This document shows, in pieces, positions 9,993 through 19,899 of a stretch of 64,000 bases of DNA. This DNA is from Phycisphaerae bacterium (GTDB lineage Bacteria; Planctomycetota; Phycisphaerae; UBA1845; Fen-1342), in assembly GCA_050115495.1 (NCBI GenBank), contig JASFQK010000015.1:1-64000 (forward strand), read 5' to 3'. Under the pieces are notes generated by a model. The model searched no databases. It saw nothing but the letters and a program-made list of their open reading frames with translations, and was not told the DNA's origin. The translations under genes and the position numbers were made by a program. Numbering within the stretch: the stretch's first letter is position 1; the number at the start of each line of letters is the position of its first letter.

Positions 9993-10646
9993 GTGAGCAC
10001 AAGAGGAATGTTGTGGAGAGGGGCAGCGTTGGCGGTTGCGGTGTGCGTGCCTCTGGCTGCGGCGAATGTGACAGTCTACAACAACTTCGGACCGGAGTAC
10101 GACGGGTGGGGCTACAACTGGGGTCTGGGTTGGACGATCGCCGGCGAGAACGTTGACGAGCAGTACGGCGTCGAGCAGGCCCTCGCCTTCACGCCGAGCG
10201 AGAGTGGTTCGCTGTCTGACATCTGGATGCCCGTCTGGCGCGTGCCGTTTGAGACGAATCCGGACATCGTCACGATCAGGCTCGTGACCAACCCGAACAA
10301 CCTCCCGCCGCAGCCGGGCGACGTGCTCGAGGAGTGGACGCTGACGGAGTTCCCGGGCTGGAGCGACTGGGCAGCGCCCCACCATCTCGAGAGCCTCAAC
10401 GCCCCGTACCTGGAGGCCGGTCAGTCGTACTGGATCTGGGCGATCGGCGGCGAAACGACCTGGTGTGGCTGGGCCATGAATCCCGAGCCGACCTACACGA
10501 TGCCGCACACGCTGCGCCGCGAGGGGCAGGACTGGCTCGGCATCACCAATGACACCGGCAGCGCGCTGCGCGTGGACGTCGTGCCCGAGCCGGGCAGCCT
10601 CGTCCTGCTGCTGGCGGCCGGCGCGTTGCTGGCGCGGAAGCGCTAG
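9993..10646 (+). CDS. PEP-CTERM protein (same domain family as 1-363 and 441-1085)
   Basis: SD AGGAG 9981-9985 then GTG; signal peptide; VYNNFG, LEAGQSYWI and VPEPGSLVLLLAAGALLARKR. Confidence 0.88.
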   Translation: MSTRGMLWRGAALAVAVCVPLAAANVTVYNNFGPEYDGWGYNWGLGWTIAGENVDEQYGVEQALAFTPSESGSLSDIWMPVWRVPFETNPDIVTIRLVTNPNNLPPQPGDVLEEWTLTEFPGWSDWAAPHHLESLNAPYLEAGQSYWIWAIGGETTWCGWAMNPEPTYTMPHTLRREGQDWLGITNDTGSALRVDVVPEPGSLVLLLAAGALLARKR

Positions 10647-10738
10647 CAGCCGAAACACCGATCTGAACACGGCTGCCGGCGCGCGGCACGCGCGGGACAG
10701 CCTGGGGAAAGAAGCACTCGCTTCGAAGGAGGAAAGCC

Positions 10739-11425
10739 ATGAGACTCGTAACGCTATCGGCGGCCATCGTGCTACTGCTGGCCGGCGCGACAACTGCACG
10801 GGCGATCGACTGGTGGGGAGGGCCGCCGACCTGGCAGCGCGGCGTCGAGGGCTCGACCTACCAGATGTGGGAGTTCAGCATCGAGGGCTATCTCGCCCCT
10901 GACGAATACAACAACCCGTACGGCGGGTCGTCCCTTTCCCTCCAGGGTCCTTTCATCTGGGGCGATGACTTCGTGGCACCGACGGAGCTCTCAGAGACCG
11001 GCTTCGTCGACGGGTACCACCTGTACCACGAGGAGGCCCCGGCGCACTCGTATCCGATCCAGATCGTCCTGCCAAACAGCATCGGCAGCGATATGGAGAA
11101 GTACGTGTTCGTCCAGATCACCATGACCGATGCGCCCCTGGACGTGTCCATCAGCGCCGCGGGGCCGGACACGTACACGTGCGAGTTGTGGGATACGGGG
11201 CTGATGCCGGTCGATCACCCCGATCCGGCACCGTTCGACGGAGACTGGGTCACATACGCCATCGGCGCTCACATCACGCCGAGCCCGGCCGTCGAGTTCA
11301 TCGTGATTGACATCCCGTGGAACACGGTGATCGACCAGATCGTCGTGGATACCATCAGCATTCCGGAGCCCTCATCGCTGGCCCTGATCGGACTGGCGAG
11401 CGTGGCGCTGTTGCGCCGCCACTAG
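10739..11425 (+). CDS. PEP-CTERM protein
   Basis: SD AAGGAGG, signal peptide, IPEPSSLALIGLASVALLRRH. Confidence 0.9.
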   Translation: MRLVTLSAAIVLLLAGATTARAIDWWGGPPTWQRGVEGSTYQMWEFSIEGYLAPDEYNNPYGGSSLSLQGPFIWGDDFVAPTELSETGFVDGYHLYHEEAPAHSYPIQIVLPNSIGSDMEKYVFVQITMTDAPLDVSISAAGPDTYTCELWDTGLMPVDHPDPAPFDGDWVTYAIGAHITPSPAVEFIVIDIPWNTVIDQIVVDTISIPEPSSLALIGLASVALLRRH

Positions 11426-11600
11426 CCGGCGAACCGCAGGCGCAGTCCGGACAGACTGTGTGATGCGTGTAGGAGCGGGAACGGCCCGCGGCGGAGACGC
11501 TGCGGGCCGTCTTTCATTTGTGGCCCGGACGAAGCGTCGAGTAGAATCACGCTCACAACGCCCGATCACATGGGACGATCTCTGGAGAGAGGAGGATCCC

Positions 11601-13247
11601 GTGACGACGAATTCGCTGTCTGCTCACCCTGGTCACGGGCGGCGATTTCCCGCCCTGCTGGCGATCGCGGCGGTGCTGCTCTTCGCCGGGAGGTTCACCG
11701 GGGCCGGAGACCTCGACGACCTCGCCCGCCCACACGACGGCCGGAGCATGCGGGCCACCTCGTCGCACCGCATCGGCCCCGACGGCAAGTACGATCCGGA
11801 CGGCGAGCTCGACCCCAACAGCAACAGCGACAACCAGAGCGTCCCGCCCGGCGAGACGAAGATCCTCATGGACGAGCATGGTCCAGGCGTCGTCACGCAC
11901 ATCTGGATGACGTTCCTCGGCCCGGAGCCGCAGGCCTGGGCGAAGAAGGGCTCGGCCAACCACCAGGAGATGCTCCTGCGCATCTACTACGACGGCCGCG
12001 AGCGCCCCGGCGTCGAGGCCCCCGTCGGCGATTTCTTCGCGAACGCCTTCGGCCAGCGCCGCGAGGTGATCAGCGTGCCGGTCGTCGTCGAGGACGCCGA
12101 CTCATACAACTGTTTCTGGCACATGCCTTTCCGCAAGTCGATCCGCATCGAGGTCGTCAACCAGAGCGACAAGCCCATCAGCCTGCTCTACTACAACATC
12201 GACTGGATCAAGAAGGACAGTCTGCCCGACGACACCCCCTACTTCTACGCCCAGTACCGGCAGGAATACCCCGCCGTCGGCGGCCGCGACTACCTCATCC
12301 TCGAGACGCAGGGCAAGGGCCACTACGTCGGCACCGTGCTCAGCGTTCGCACGCGGAGCCCCTCCTGGTTCGGCGAGGGCGACGAGAAGATCTACATCGA
12401 CGGCGAGAGCAAGGCTTCGATCTGGGGCACCGGTACCGAGGACTACTTCCTCTCCGCCTGGGGCCTCCAGACGACGAGCACGCCGTATTTCGGCACGCCG
12501 AACTTCGACCAATGGGGCATCGTCGGCGGCCACACGTCCGCCTACCGCTGGCACATCCACGACCCGCTCGTCTTCAACACCGGGATCAAAGTCACGATCG
12601 AGCATTACGGCTGGATCTCCCCCGACGAGAACCCCGACTACAAGACGCACAGTTGGAACGAGCGCGAGGACGACTATTCGAGCGTCGCCTACTGGTACCA
12701 GACCGGCGAGCCGACCTTCACCGCCCGCGCCCCCGACGCCCGCGAGCGAGCGCTGCCCAACCTCGACCAGATCTTCTACGTCGCCGAGTTGGCCGACACC
12801 GCCCCTCACGGCGACGGCCCGGCCCAGGTGCAGCAGCTGCTCCAGTACGAGAAAGGCCAGCTCCTCTACAAGCCGCCCGCGGCCGAGAAGGCCTGGATCG
12901 AGATCCCCTTCACCGTCGCCGAGAAAGCCCCCGTGCGGCTGCTGCTGAACATGACGCGCAGCTACGACTTCGGCCAGTACCAGGCCTCGCTCAACGGCGT
13001 CAAGCTCGGCGACGTGCTGGACTTCTACCACGCCGACACCGACAATTGGGAATACCACCTGCTCGACTTCTGGCCCGATCCCGGCGACTACGTCCTGCGG
13101 CTCGATTGCGTGGGCAAAAACGTGCAGTCGACCGGCCACTACCTCGGCATCGAATCCGTCCGCCTCCGGCAGCGCCGCCCCCGCGTCCGCGAGTGGGCCC
13201 ACGACAAGGACAAAGACTGGCGCGAAAAGCCCGTTCTCTTCCGTTGA
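11601..13247 (+). CDS. DUF2961 / glycoside hydrolase family 172 protein, secreted
   Basis: SD GAGGAGG then GTG; GPGVVTHIWMT, PVGDFF, WHMPF, GHYVG, WFGEGDE, GTGTEDYF, SAYRWHIHDP. Confidence 0.88.
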   Translation: MTTNSLSAHPGHGRRFPALLAIAAVLLFAGRFTGAGDLDDLARPHDGRSMRATSSHRIGPDGKYDPDGELDPNSNSDNQSVPPGETKILMDEHGPGVVTHIWMTFLGPEPQAWAKKGSANHQEMLLRIYYDGRERPGVEAPVGDFFANAFGQRREVISVPVVVEDADSYNCFWHMPFRKSIRIEVVNQSDKPISLLYYNIDWIKKDSLPDDTPYFYAQYRQEYPAVGGRDYLILETQGKGHYVGTVLSVRTRSPSWFGEGDEKIYIDGESKASIWGTGTEDYFLSAWGLQTTSTPYFGTPNFDQWGIVGGHTSAYRWHIHDPLVFNTGIKVTIEHYGWISPDENPDYKTHSWNEREDDYSSVAYWYQTGEPTFTARAPDARERALPNLDQIFYVAELADTAPHGDGPAQVQQLLQYEKGQLLYKPPAAEKAWIEIPFTVAEKAPVRLLLNMTRSYDFGQYQASLNGVKLGDVLDFYHADTDNWEYHLLDFWPDPGDYVLRLDCVGKNVQSTGHYLGIESVRLRQRRPRVREWAHDKDKDWREKPVLFR

Positions 13248-13281
13248 TGCGGCCCGGCCGCTCTCAAGTGAGGTACATACG

Positions 13282-14631
13282 ATGACCCATCCAGCGACGA
13301 CCCGACGTGAGTTCCTGGCCGCCGGTGCAGCCGCCGCGGCGTTCACCATTGTCCCCCGCCACGTTCTCGGCGGGCCGCAGCACACCCCGCCCAGCGAGAA
13401 GCTGAACATCGCCGGCATCGGCATCGGCGGCATGGGCGCGGTCAATCTCGGCAACGTCGCGTCGGAGAACATCGTGGCCCTCTGCGACGTGGACCACGAG
13501 TACGCCGCCAAGACGTTCAAGAAATACCCGCAGGCGAAGGTCTGGCGCGACTACCGCGAGATGCTCGACAAGCAGAAGGACATCGACGCCGTCATCATCG
13601 CCACGCCCGATCACACGCACGCCGTCATCGCCATGGCCGCACTCCAGGCCGGCAAGCACGTCTACTGCCAGAAGCCGCTGACGCATGACATCTACGAAGC
13701 CCGCCGACTGGCCGAGGCGGCGAAGACCGCCGGCGTCGCCACGCAGATGGGCATCCAGGGACACTCCGGCGCCGGCACACCGCTCATCCGCGAGTGGATC
13801 GAGGATGGGGCCATCGGCGAGGTGCGCGAGGTCGACGCCTGGTGCAACATCGCCTACTACCCGTGGGGGCACGCCTACTTCAGCTCGAAGTGGGGCGCGG
13901 CACGCCCGCAGGACACGCCGCCCGTGCCGTCCACGCTCGACTGGGACCTCTGGCTCGGCCCGGCCCCGCAACGACCCTACCATCCCGCCTACCACCCCAT
14001 CGTCTGGCGGTGCTGGTACGACTTCGGCTCGGCCATGATATGCGACCGCGGCACGCACACCTTCGACCCGATCGTCTGGGCGTTGCAGCTCGGCGCGCCG
14101 ACGCACGTCGAGGCCACAGCCATGGGCGCCAGCGAGGAGGCGCACGCCCTGGCCGCCATCGTCACCTACTACTTCCCCGCCCGCGGCAACCTCCCGCCGG
14201 TCAAGCTGACGTGGTACGAGGGTCTGCGTGCCCCGCGGCCGGAAGAGCTCGAGCCGCAGCGCATGATGGGTGAGTCGGAAGGCGGCGCGCTCTTCAAGGG
14301 CACGAAGGGCAAGCTCATGTGCGGCATCTACGGCAACAGCCCGCGTATCATCCCCGAAGACCGCATGAAGGCGTACAAGCGACCCGAGCCCACGCTGCCG
14401 CGCGTTCCGGATTCTCACGAGATGGACTGGGTCCGCGCCTGCAAGACCGGCCAGCCGGCCGTCGCCCCATTCGAGTACAGCGCGCTGCTTACCGAAATCT
14501 GCCTGCTCGGTAACATCGCCAAGCGCATGGACGGCCGGATCGACTGGGACGCCGCCAACATGAAGATCACAAACCGCCCCGAGGCCAACCAGTACGTGCA
14601 GACCGAGTATCGCGAGGGTTGGAGCCTGTGA
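13282..14631 (+). CDS. Tat-exported Gfo/Idh/MocA oxidoreductase
   Basis: TRREFL Tat motif; GIGIGGMG, ATPDHTH, HVYCQKPL, DWDLWLGPAP, YREGWSL. Confidence 0.92.
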   Translation: MTHPATTRREFLAAGAAAAAFTIVPRHVLGGPQHTPPSEKLNIAGIGIGGMGAVNLGNVASENIVALCDVDHEYAAKTFKKYPQAKVWRDYREMLDKQKDIDAVIIATPDHTHAVIAMAALQAGKHVYCQKPLTHDIYEARRLAEAAKTAGVATQMGIQGHSGAGTPLIREWIEDGAIGEVREVDAWCNIAYYPWGHAYFSSKWGAARPQDTPPVPSTLDWDLWLGPAPQRPYHPAYHPIVWRCWYDFGSAMICDRGTHTFDPIVWALQLGAPTHVEATAMGASEEAHALAAIVTYYFPARGNLPPVKLTWYEGLRAPRPEELEPQRMMGESEGGALFKGTKGKLMCGIYGNSPRIIPEDRMKAYKRPEPTLPRVPDSHEMDWVRACKTGQPAVAPFEYSALLTEICLLGNIAKRMDGRIDWDAANMKITNRPEANQYVQTEYREGWSL

Positions 14632-15650
14632 ACGGCCCCTGTCCGACCATGACCGGCCTTGAACGCTACCGGGCCATGCTCGCCGGCCGACCGGTCGACT
14701 TCGTACCGCGCACGCCCATCCTGATGCGCTTCGCCGCGGAGCACATCGGCGCCTCGTACGCGCAGTTCATCGGCGACCATCGCGTCCTGGTCGAGGCCAA
14801 CACGCGTGGCGCCGCGGACTTCGACTTCGACCAGGTGAGCTGCATCTCCGACCCGTATCGCGAGGCCGAAGGCTTTGGGGCGATGGTCGATATCGGCCCC
14901 AACGGCATGCCGCGCTGCACGCCACTGCTGGCCGGCAGCAAGGACCTGCGCCACCTGCCTCGTCCCGACCCGCGGCACGTCCCGCGCATGTGCGATCGGA
15001 TCGACGCCGTGCATGCCTTCCGGGCCCACTGCGCCGGCCGGTACTCCATCCTCGGGTGGGTCGAAGGACCGGCGGCCGCGGCGGCCAACCTCCGTGGCGT
15101 CAGCGCATTCCTCACCGACCTGCTGAAAGACCCGACCTTCGTCGCCGATCTGATGGACCGCTGCCTCGACGCCGCGATCGCGTTCACTCGCGCCCAGGTC
15201 TCCGCGGGAGCCGACACGGTCGGCGTCGGCGACGCTGTCGCCAGCCAGGTCTCAGCGCGGCTGTATGAGGAGTTGATCTGGCCGCGCGAACAGCAACTGG
15301 TCACCGCCATTCAGGACGCGGGAGCGCTCGCCAAGCTGCACATCTGCGGTGATATCACGCATCTGTTGCCGGCCATCGCCCGACTCGGCGTGGATGTCCT
15401 GGACGTGGATCACATGGTGGATCTGACGCGTGTGCGGAATGAGGTCGGCCCGCGCGTCGCGCTGACCGGCAACCTCGACCCGGTCGCCGCCGTCTGCCAG
15501 TCGACGCCGCCGGCGATTCGCCAGGCGCTGAGCGCGACCTACGGCCAAGCCGGAAATCCCTACCTCGTCAACGCCGGTTGCGAGATTCCCCCAGGCACGC
15601 CGGCGGAGAACCTGCGTGCTTTGTGCGCGCCGTTGGAACGCATGACCTGA
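14628..15650 (+). CDS. Uroporphyrinogen decarboxylase family protein (MtaA/CmuA-like methyltransferase)
   Basis: GTGA overlap with the previous gene; GWVEGP, KLHICG, GNLDP, AGCEIPPGTPAEN. Confidence 0.85.
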   Translation: MNGPCPTMTGLERYRAMLAGRPVDFVPRTPILMRFAAEHIGASYAQFIGDHRVLVEANTRGAADFDFDQVSCISDPYREAEGFGAMVDIGPNGMPRCTPLLAGSKDLRHLPRPDPRHVPRMCDRIDAVHAFRAHCAGRYSILGWVEGPAAAAANLRGVSAFLTDLLKDPTFVADLMDRCLDAAIAFTRAQVSAGADTVGVGDAVASQVSARLYEELIWPREQQLVTAIQDAGALAKLHICGDITHLLPAIARLGVDVLDVDHMVDLTRVRNEVGPRVALTGNLDPVAAVCQSTPPAIRQALSATYGQAGNPYLVNAGCEIPPGTPAENLRALCAPLERMT

Positions 15651-15770
15651 GAGAGGGGATAAACTCCCCCCGTATGCCCCTGTATGCTGTGGATGCGTAC
15701 CCGTCGCCGGGGCGGCTCGCACGAAGACGAGCCGCCCCAGGCGTGCCCCTAATGGGCAGTCGCGGTCAAG

Positions 15771-16421
15771 TTACCGCCGACGGGTCAGGACACCGACGGA
15801 GGCAAGCAACATCGCCAGCGCGGCGGGCTCGGGCACAGGTGTGGCCTCGAGCTGCCAGTTGACGTCGATCGGAGTTCCGTCGCCGAGCGTGACATCGCGA
15901 TGGTCCGAGCCCCAGTTGTGGCCCAGGCCCGGGTTCCACTGCATGTCATCGGCGTCGCCGTAGCTCGTGTGGTACATCACCGTATTGCCGGCGACCATCA
16001 GGAAGTCGTGGACCGCCTGGTACACGATGTAGTAGTCTCCGGCCGGGAGGGTCGCCCCGCCGAAGTCGGCGCCGATCTTGCCTTCAGCGTGAAGGTGATC
16101 GTAGCCGTCAGCGGCGCTCAGGACGATGCTGCCACCGTCCCAGGGCAAACCGTCATAGATGTCGAAGACGGCCCCGGACCCGTCCTGGCCATTGGTGTTG
16201 GTGGCCCAACCCTGCGACCAGACCTCGTGCAGGTAGTAGTCCTGCGTGGTCTGGAAGTCCGAGACGACCCAGATGTCCAGATGGTCCGTGCCCGGCCAGA
16301 CGAAATCCTGGGCCATGGCACCGGTCGTCTGGACACCATCGTAAGGGTTACCTAGCACGTCGCCGAATGCCGGCCCGGCCAGGGCGAGCATCAGCGTGCA
16401 GACCACTAATCCTCTCATCAT
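15771..16421 (-). CDS. PEP-CTERM protein
   Basis: SD AAGGAG, MMRGLVVCTLML signal, VPEPAALAMLLASVGVLTRRR. Confidence 0.9.
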   Translation of the reverse strand: MMRGLVVCTLMLALAGPAFGDVLGNPYDGVQTTGAMAQDFVWPGTDHLDIWVVSDFQTTQDYYLHEVWSQGWATNTNGQDGSGAVFDIYDGLPWDGGSIVLSAADGYDHLHAEGKIGADFGGATLPAGDYYIVYQAVHDFLMVAGNTVMYHTSYGDADDMQWNPGLGHNWGSDHRDVTLGDGTPIDVNWQLEATPVPEPAALAMLLASVGVLTRRR

Positions 16422-16495
16422 CTGCTTCTCCTTCCCTTGGCACACAACACTCTCCGGCCCGCGGCGCGGGCCGGCCTCTCTCACACGATGCGGCA

Positions 16496-17905
16496 TCAAC
16501 CGCCGGTCAGCAGTGCGACGAACGGACCGATGTCGAAGTTGTTCACGTCGCCGTCGCCGTTGACGTCTGCGAGATAGCGGTCGCACGTCGGGTACTGCGC
16601 GGCGTAGTTCGTGGGATTGGTCAGGGCCAGCACGAACGCGCTGATGTCGAAGTTGTTGACCTCACCGTCGCAATTCAGGTCACCGAGCAGCGGGCGGCGG
16701 CAGACGTAGCACCATTCCTTGTTCGTCTCCAGGCCGTATTCACCGCGCTCGAAGAACACGTGCACGTTGCCCGCGTTGTCCGCCACGTTCAGCGGATAGT
16801 GCACCGGCACCGTCCCGGCGACGAACGTCTCCTCGGGAATAATGGTGAGCATCGCATCCGTGGCCGGCGCGCCGTCGAGGTCGAGATCGCTGCGCAGGCA
16901 CGTGTAGTAGCCGTTGGGGTCGACGTCGTAGGTGGAGTTGAAGGTAACGTGGATCCGCCCCCGGTTGTCGAACGAGGCGTACGGATACCAGGACGCCCCC
17001 TCGTAGAACACGCTGGGCGCCACGGCGATGGACCAGTCCGGCCGCAGCTTCGCGTACCAGAGCTTCTCCTCGTACGTGCCCCAGTCGAGCTCGCGCCAGA
17101 CGAAGTGCAGCGAGCCATCCGTGCCGACGAGCGTCTTGTTGCAGCAGGCCTGGATGGTGCTGGTGCGGTCGAGCAGAACGGTCAGGTCCGACCAGCTAGC
17201 GCCCGAGTCGGTCGTGTACACGCAGCAGATGTCCTCGGTGTCGCGGAACCAGGTGACCATGACGGTGTCGTCCGGCAGGACCACCGGCACCAGGTACCAG
17301 TTCCACGCCTCGGCGCCGTCGGTGATGAACTTGAGCGGGATCAGCTCGTTGCCGGCAGCATCGTACTTCGCATAGACGACTTCCCACCCGCCGTCGATCC
17401 GCGTCGTGAAGACGTGCACGTTTCCGCTGGAGTCGGTGACGCCAAAGTTCTGCGTCGTGCCCCGCGGGCGCTGCCACACGTTCTGCCCCGCGCCGTCGGG
17501 GAACACAGCCGCTTGCCCCAGACCCGACGTGTTCAACCACGTGCCCGCCGACGAGCTGTCGGGGTTATAGGCAAAGCGGTCGTAGTTCCAGTTCTGGTTG
17601 TCATACTCAAAGAGGCGAACCGAGCTTTGGACGATGCCCTGGGTGTCGAGGGCGCCGGCGCCGTCCAGGTTCCAGTTGTCAAACCCCCAGTACATCTTGA
17701 CGGACGATACGTTGCTCCACCTGCCCGTCGGTGCCAGCCGCCCCTGCGGGCCGCCGGTTCCACGGAGCGAGATGACTTGCCCCGCCTCGTTTGTCGAGTA
17801 AACGGCGGGATCCAGACCCTCCTGTCCCAGGGCGAAGGTCGCGCACAGCAACCCGACCGCCAGCGTCGCCGACCAACGGCGCGCCACTTCCAACCTCTTC
17901 CTCAT
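16496..17905 (-). CDS. Secreted BNR/Asp-box propeller-like protein with C-terminal dockerin-like domain
   Basis: SD AAGGAG, signal peptide, Asp-box TTDSGASWS, repeated G-x-H-V/F blades, [14 protein letters not shown]...[24 protein letters not shown]. Confidence 0.85.
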   Translation of the reverse strand: MRKRLEVARRWSATLAVGLLCATFALGQEGLDPAVYSTNEAGQVISLRGTGGPQGRLAPTGRWSNVSSVKMYWGFDNWNLDGAGALDTQGIVQSSVRLFEYDNQNWNYDRFAYNPDSSSAGTWLNTSGLGQAAVFPDGAGQNVWQRPRGTTQNFGVTDSSGNVHVFTTRIDGGWEVVYAKYDAAGNELIPLKFITDGAEAWNWYLVPVVLPDDTVMVTWFRDTEDICCVYTTDSGASWSDLTVLLDRTSTIQACCNKTLVGTDGSLHFVWRELDWGTYEEKLWYAKLRPDWSIAVAPSVFYEGASWYPYASFDNRGRIHVTFNSTYDVDPNGYYTCLRSDLDLDGAPATDAMLTIIPEETFVAGTVPVHYPLNVADNAGNVHVFFERGEYGLETNKEWCYVCRRPLLGDLNCDGEVNNFDISAFVLALTNPTNYAAQYPTCDRYLADVNGDGDVNNFDIGPFVALLTGG

Positions 17906-17988
17906 CTGTACCTCTCCTTTCTCTCCCGACCGTTGTCTACCCGGGGCCGGGTCCGGAGTGCGTGCCGCGCAGCCCCCCTGCTGCTCGC

Positions 17989-18036
17989 CTACGGGCCGCT
18001 CAACAACACAACGAACGGACCGATGCCGAAGTCGTA
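17989..18036 (-). pseudogene. Remnant of the 3' end of a dockerin-bearing gene
   Basis: Encodes [15 protein letters not shown]; 18011-18035 matches 16518-16542 at 23/25 nt. Confidence 0.55.
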
Positions 18037-18415
18037 GGCGACGAGGAGCGCGACGGGCCTAGCGCGGTGACGCCCGGCGTGCTCTTCATGCCTGTTTCCC
18101 AAGACTCGTTGTCGCGGAATGTGAGGACCTCGCCAGCGTCGAGGTTCTGGTCCGACGGGTAGGTGATGATGTGGTCCGCAGCCGGTGGCGCCGCTGGAGC
18201 CGCACCCCTCAGCACAGCCGTTGATGTCCGGGCTGGTTGCTGCACGTTCCACTCCATCGGACGCATGACAGACAGGCAGTCCACGAGGCCCAGCCGGTGG
18301 GTGCCGCCTAGCTGTCCCAACGTGTTCAGATTCAGTATAGCGACGCGCTCAGGTTTGATCAAGCATGCTCTGAGCGCATTCTAAAATCACCCCAAGCTCG
18401 CCCCCAGCTCCCCGG

Positions 18416-18452
18416 GTCAAGACTTGACAACCACGGGCCGATGTCGTTCAAT
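18416..18452 (+). promoter_or_regulatory. Promoter with palindrome over -35; probably leaderless transcript
   Basis: GTCAAG-A-CTTGAC palindrome at 18416-18428; TTGACA-N17-TTCAAT; ATG 7 nt further on with no SD. Confidence 0.5.
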
Positions 18453-18459
18453 AGCTCCT

Positions 18460-19740
18460 ATGGTCACACCCGGATCCTCTGCTGCCGTCGATGGCCACGC
18501 CATCCATAGCGGCCTCGACGGCACCCTCGAGGCCCGTATCAAATTAGCTGGAAAGAACTTATGCACCGCTATCCAGCAACTGACTGACCAGGTACCCACC
18601 CCCTCCAGCAGCACCCAGGACTTCGCCCGGGCGCTCAAGATCCACCGCACGCTCGCCAGCCGGGTCCTCAACGCCATCCGGACGGATGACCCCCTGGCGG
18701 CGATCAGCCGCATGCCACGCAGTGAGGGCCTGCGGATGCTCCTGCAGGCCGCCAAGCCGACCGTGCCCAAAGACGCTATCTTGCGTGCCGAAGAGGCTTT
18801 GCGCGAATTCGAGCTGATCGTCCGCAACGAATTGGGTGGCTGGGACGGCTTCGATGCGGCTCTCATAGAATGGTTACCGGATGTCCGCGAGCGCTACGAG
18901 CTCTCCAACAAGCAGCTCGCCTTCAAGGGTATCGCCAACCTGATGGGCATGCGGGCGGACGTGCAGCTCAGTAGTGTCATCTACTACCCGGATGCCTCGC
19001 ACCAGAAATGCGACATTGTCATCATTGAAGGCCTCGTCAACCTGCGCCGGCTGCGCCCGAGCGTGCGCATTCCCATCACCGTCCACAGGCCGAATCCGCT
19101 CACGCCGCGGCCACAGAAGTACTGGCTCGAGGATGTGCCAGCCGAACAGACCGGCGACCATTACCCGCTGCTCAGGCAGTTCTGCTCGACGCCCTGCCCG
19201 CAGGTGGAAGCCATCCGTACGGGCGACACAGTAAACTATCTGCTGGCTGGCAACGAGATCGGGGAGAACTCGGCGGCGGACATCTTCGCCGCCAGCGTGG
19301 TGCGCGGGGGGCGGCCGATGTACCGCACACCGACGGAACCGCCGGTGCGGGCCATGTGGTCGGCGGGTGTGAACGTTCCGGCGAAAACGCTACTGATGAA
19401 CATCCTGCTGCACGAGGATGTCTGGCCGGGGAGCCACCCCGAGCTGCACATGTACGACATGCACTTCCGCGGGCTGGCGACCCCGGACGACCCGACGCGG
19501 GAGTTCGACCGGATGGACCTGCTCGAGCGGCTGCAATCGCTGGGCAAGGGTGTGACGCGGTTCCGGGCCACCGAATTGGGCAGTCACGTCGAGATCGTGC
19601 AGCACGTGTGTGAGCGGCTGGGCTGGGACGCCAACCGCCTGCGCGGCTATCGCGTGCGCGTTCAGTATCCGCTCATGAACGTGCAGTACTGCGTAGCGTT
19701 CGATCCGCCTCCGGTGCGCGAGGATGGCGGCGAGGCGTGA
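18460..19740 (+). CDS. Uncharacterised protein with predicted N-terminal HTH (putative regulator, paralogue B)
   Basis: HTH-like TQDFARALKIHRTLASRV; shares GxVxLRRxRPxV, PLLRxFC, HxDV and YPxM with 8688-9929. Confidence 0.75.
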   Translation: MVTPGSSAAVDGHAIHSGLDGTLEARIKLAGKNLCTAIQQLTDQVPTPSSSTQDFARALKIHRTLASRVLNAIRTDDPLAAISRMPRSEGLRMLLQAAKPTVPKDAILRAEEALREFELIVRNELGGWDGFDAALIEWLPDVRERYELSNKQLAFKGIANLMGMRADVQLSSVIYYPDASHQKCDIVIIEGLVNLRRLRPSVRIPITVHRPNPLTPRPQKYWLEDVPAEQTGDHYPLLRQFCSTPCPQVEAIRTGDTVNYLLAGNEIGENSAADIFAASVVRGGRPMYRTPTEPPVRAMWSAGVNVPAKTLLMNILLHEDVWPGSHPELHMYDMHFRGLATPDDPTREFDRMDLLERLQSLGKGVTRFRATELGSHVEIVQHVCERLGWDANRLRGYRVRVQYPLMNVQYCVAFDPPPVREDGGEA

Positions 19741-19899
19741 GGCCCGAGCGTTCATCTCCCGCGCAAGTCGCCATTCCTATCTCGTTACTTCTGACTCCTC
19801 TCTTCTCGCATTCCCCGCCCGTCGCGGCTATGGTACTCGGGGGTGCGGGCATGTGAGCCGCTGATCCGTTGGCCCCTGACATCATTCGAGCTGCTGCCC

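Noticed and set aside
11570..13285. 571-aa Arg-rich alternative-frame ORF (likewise 21396-22853 and 32417-33580)
   Set aside because: It is an off-frame reading of a GC3-rich gene with low-complexity R/P/G composition.
18000..18362. 120-aa minus-strand ORF
   Set aside because: No SD or motif; more likely debris of a deleted gene.
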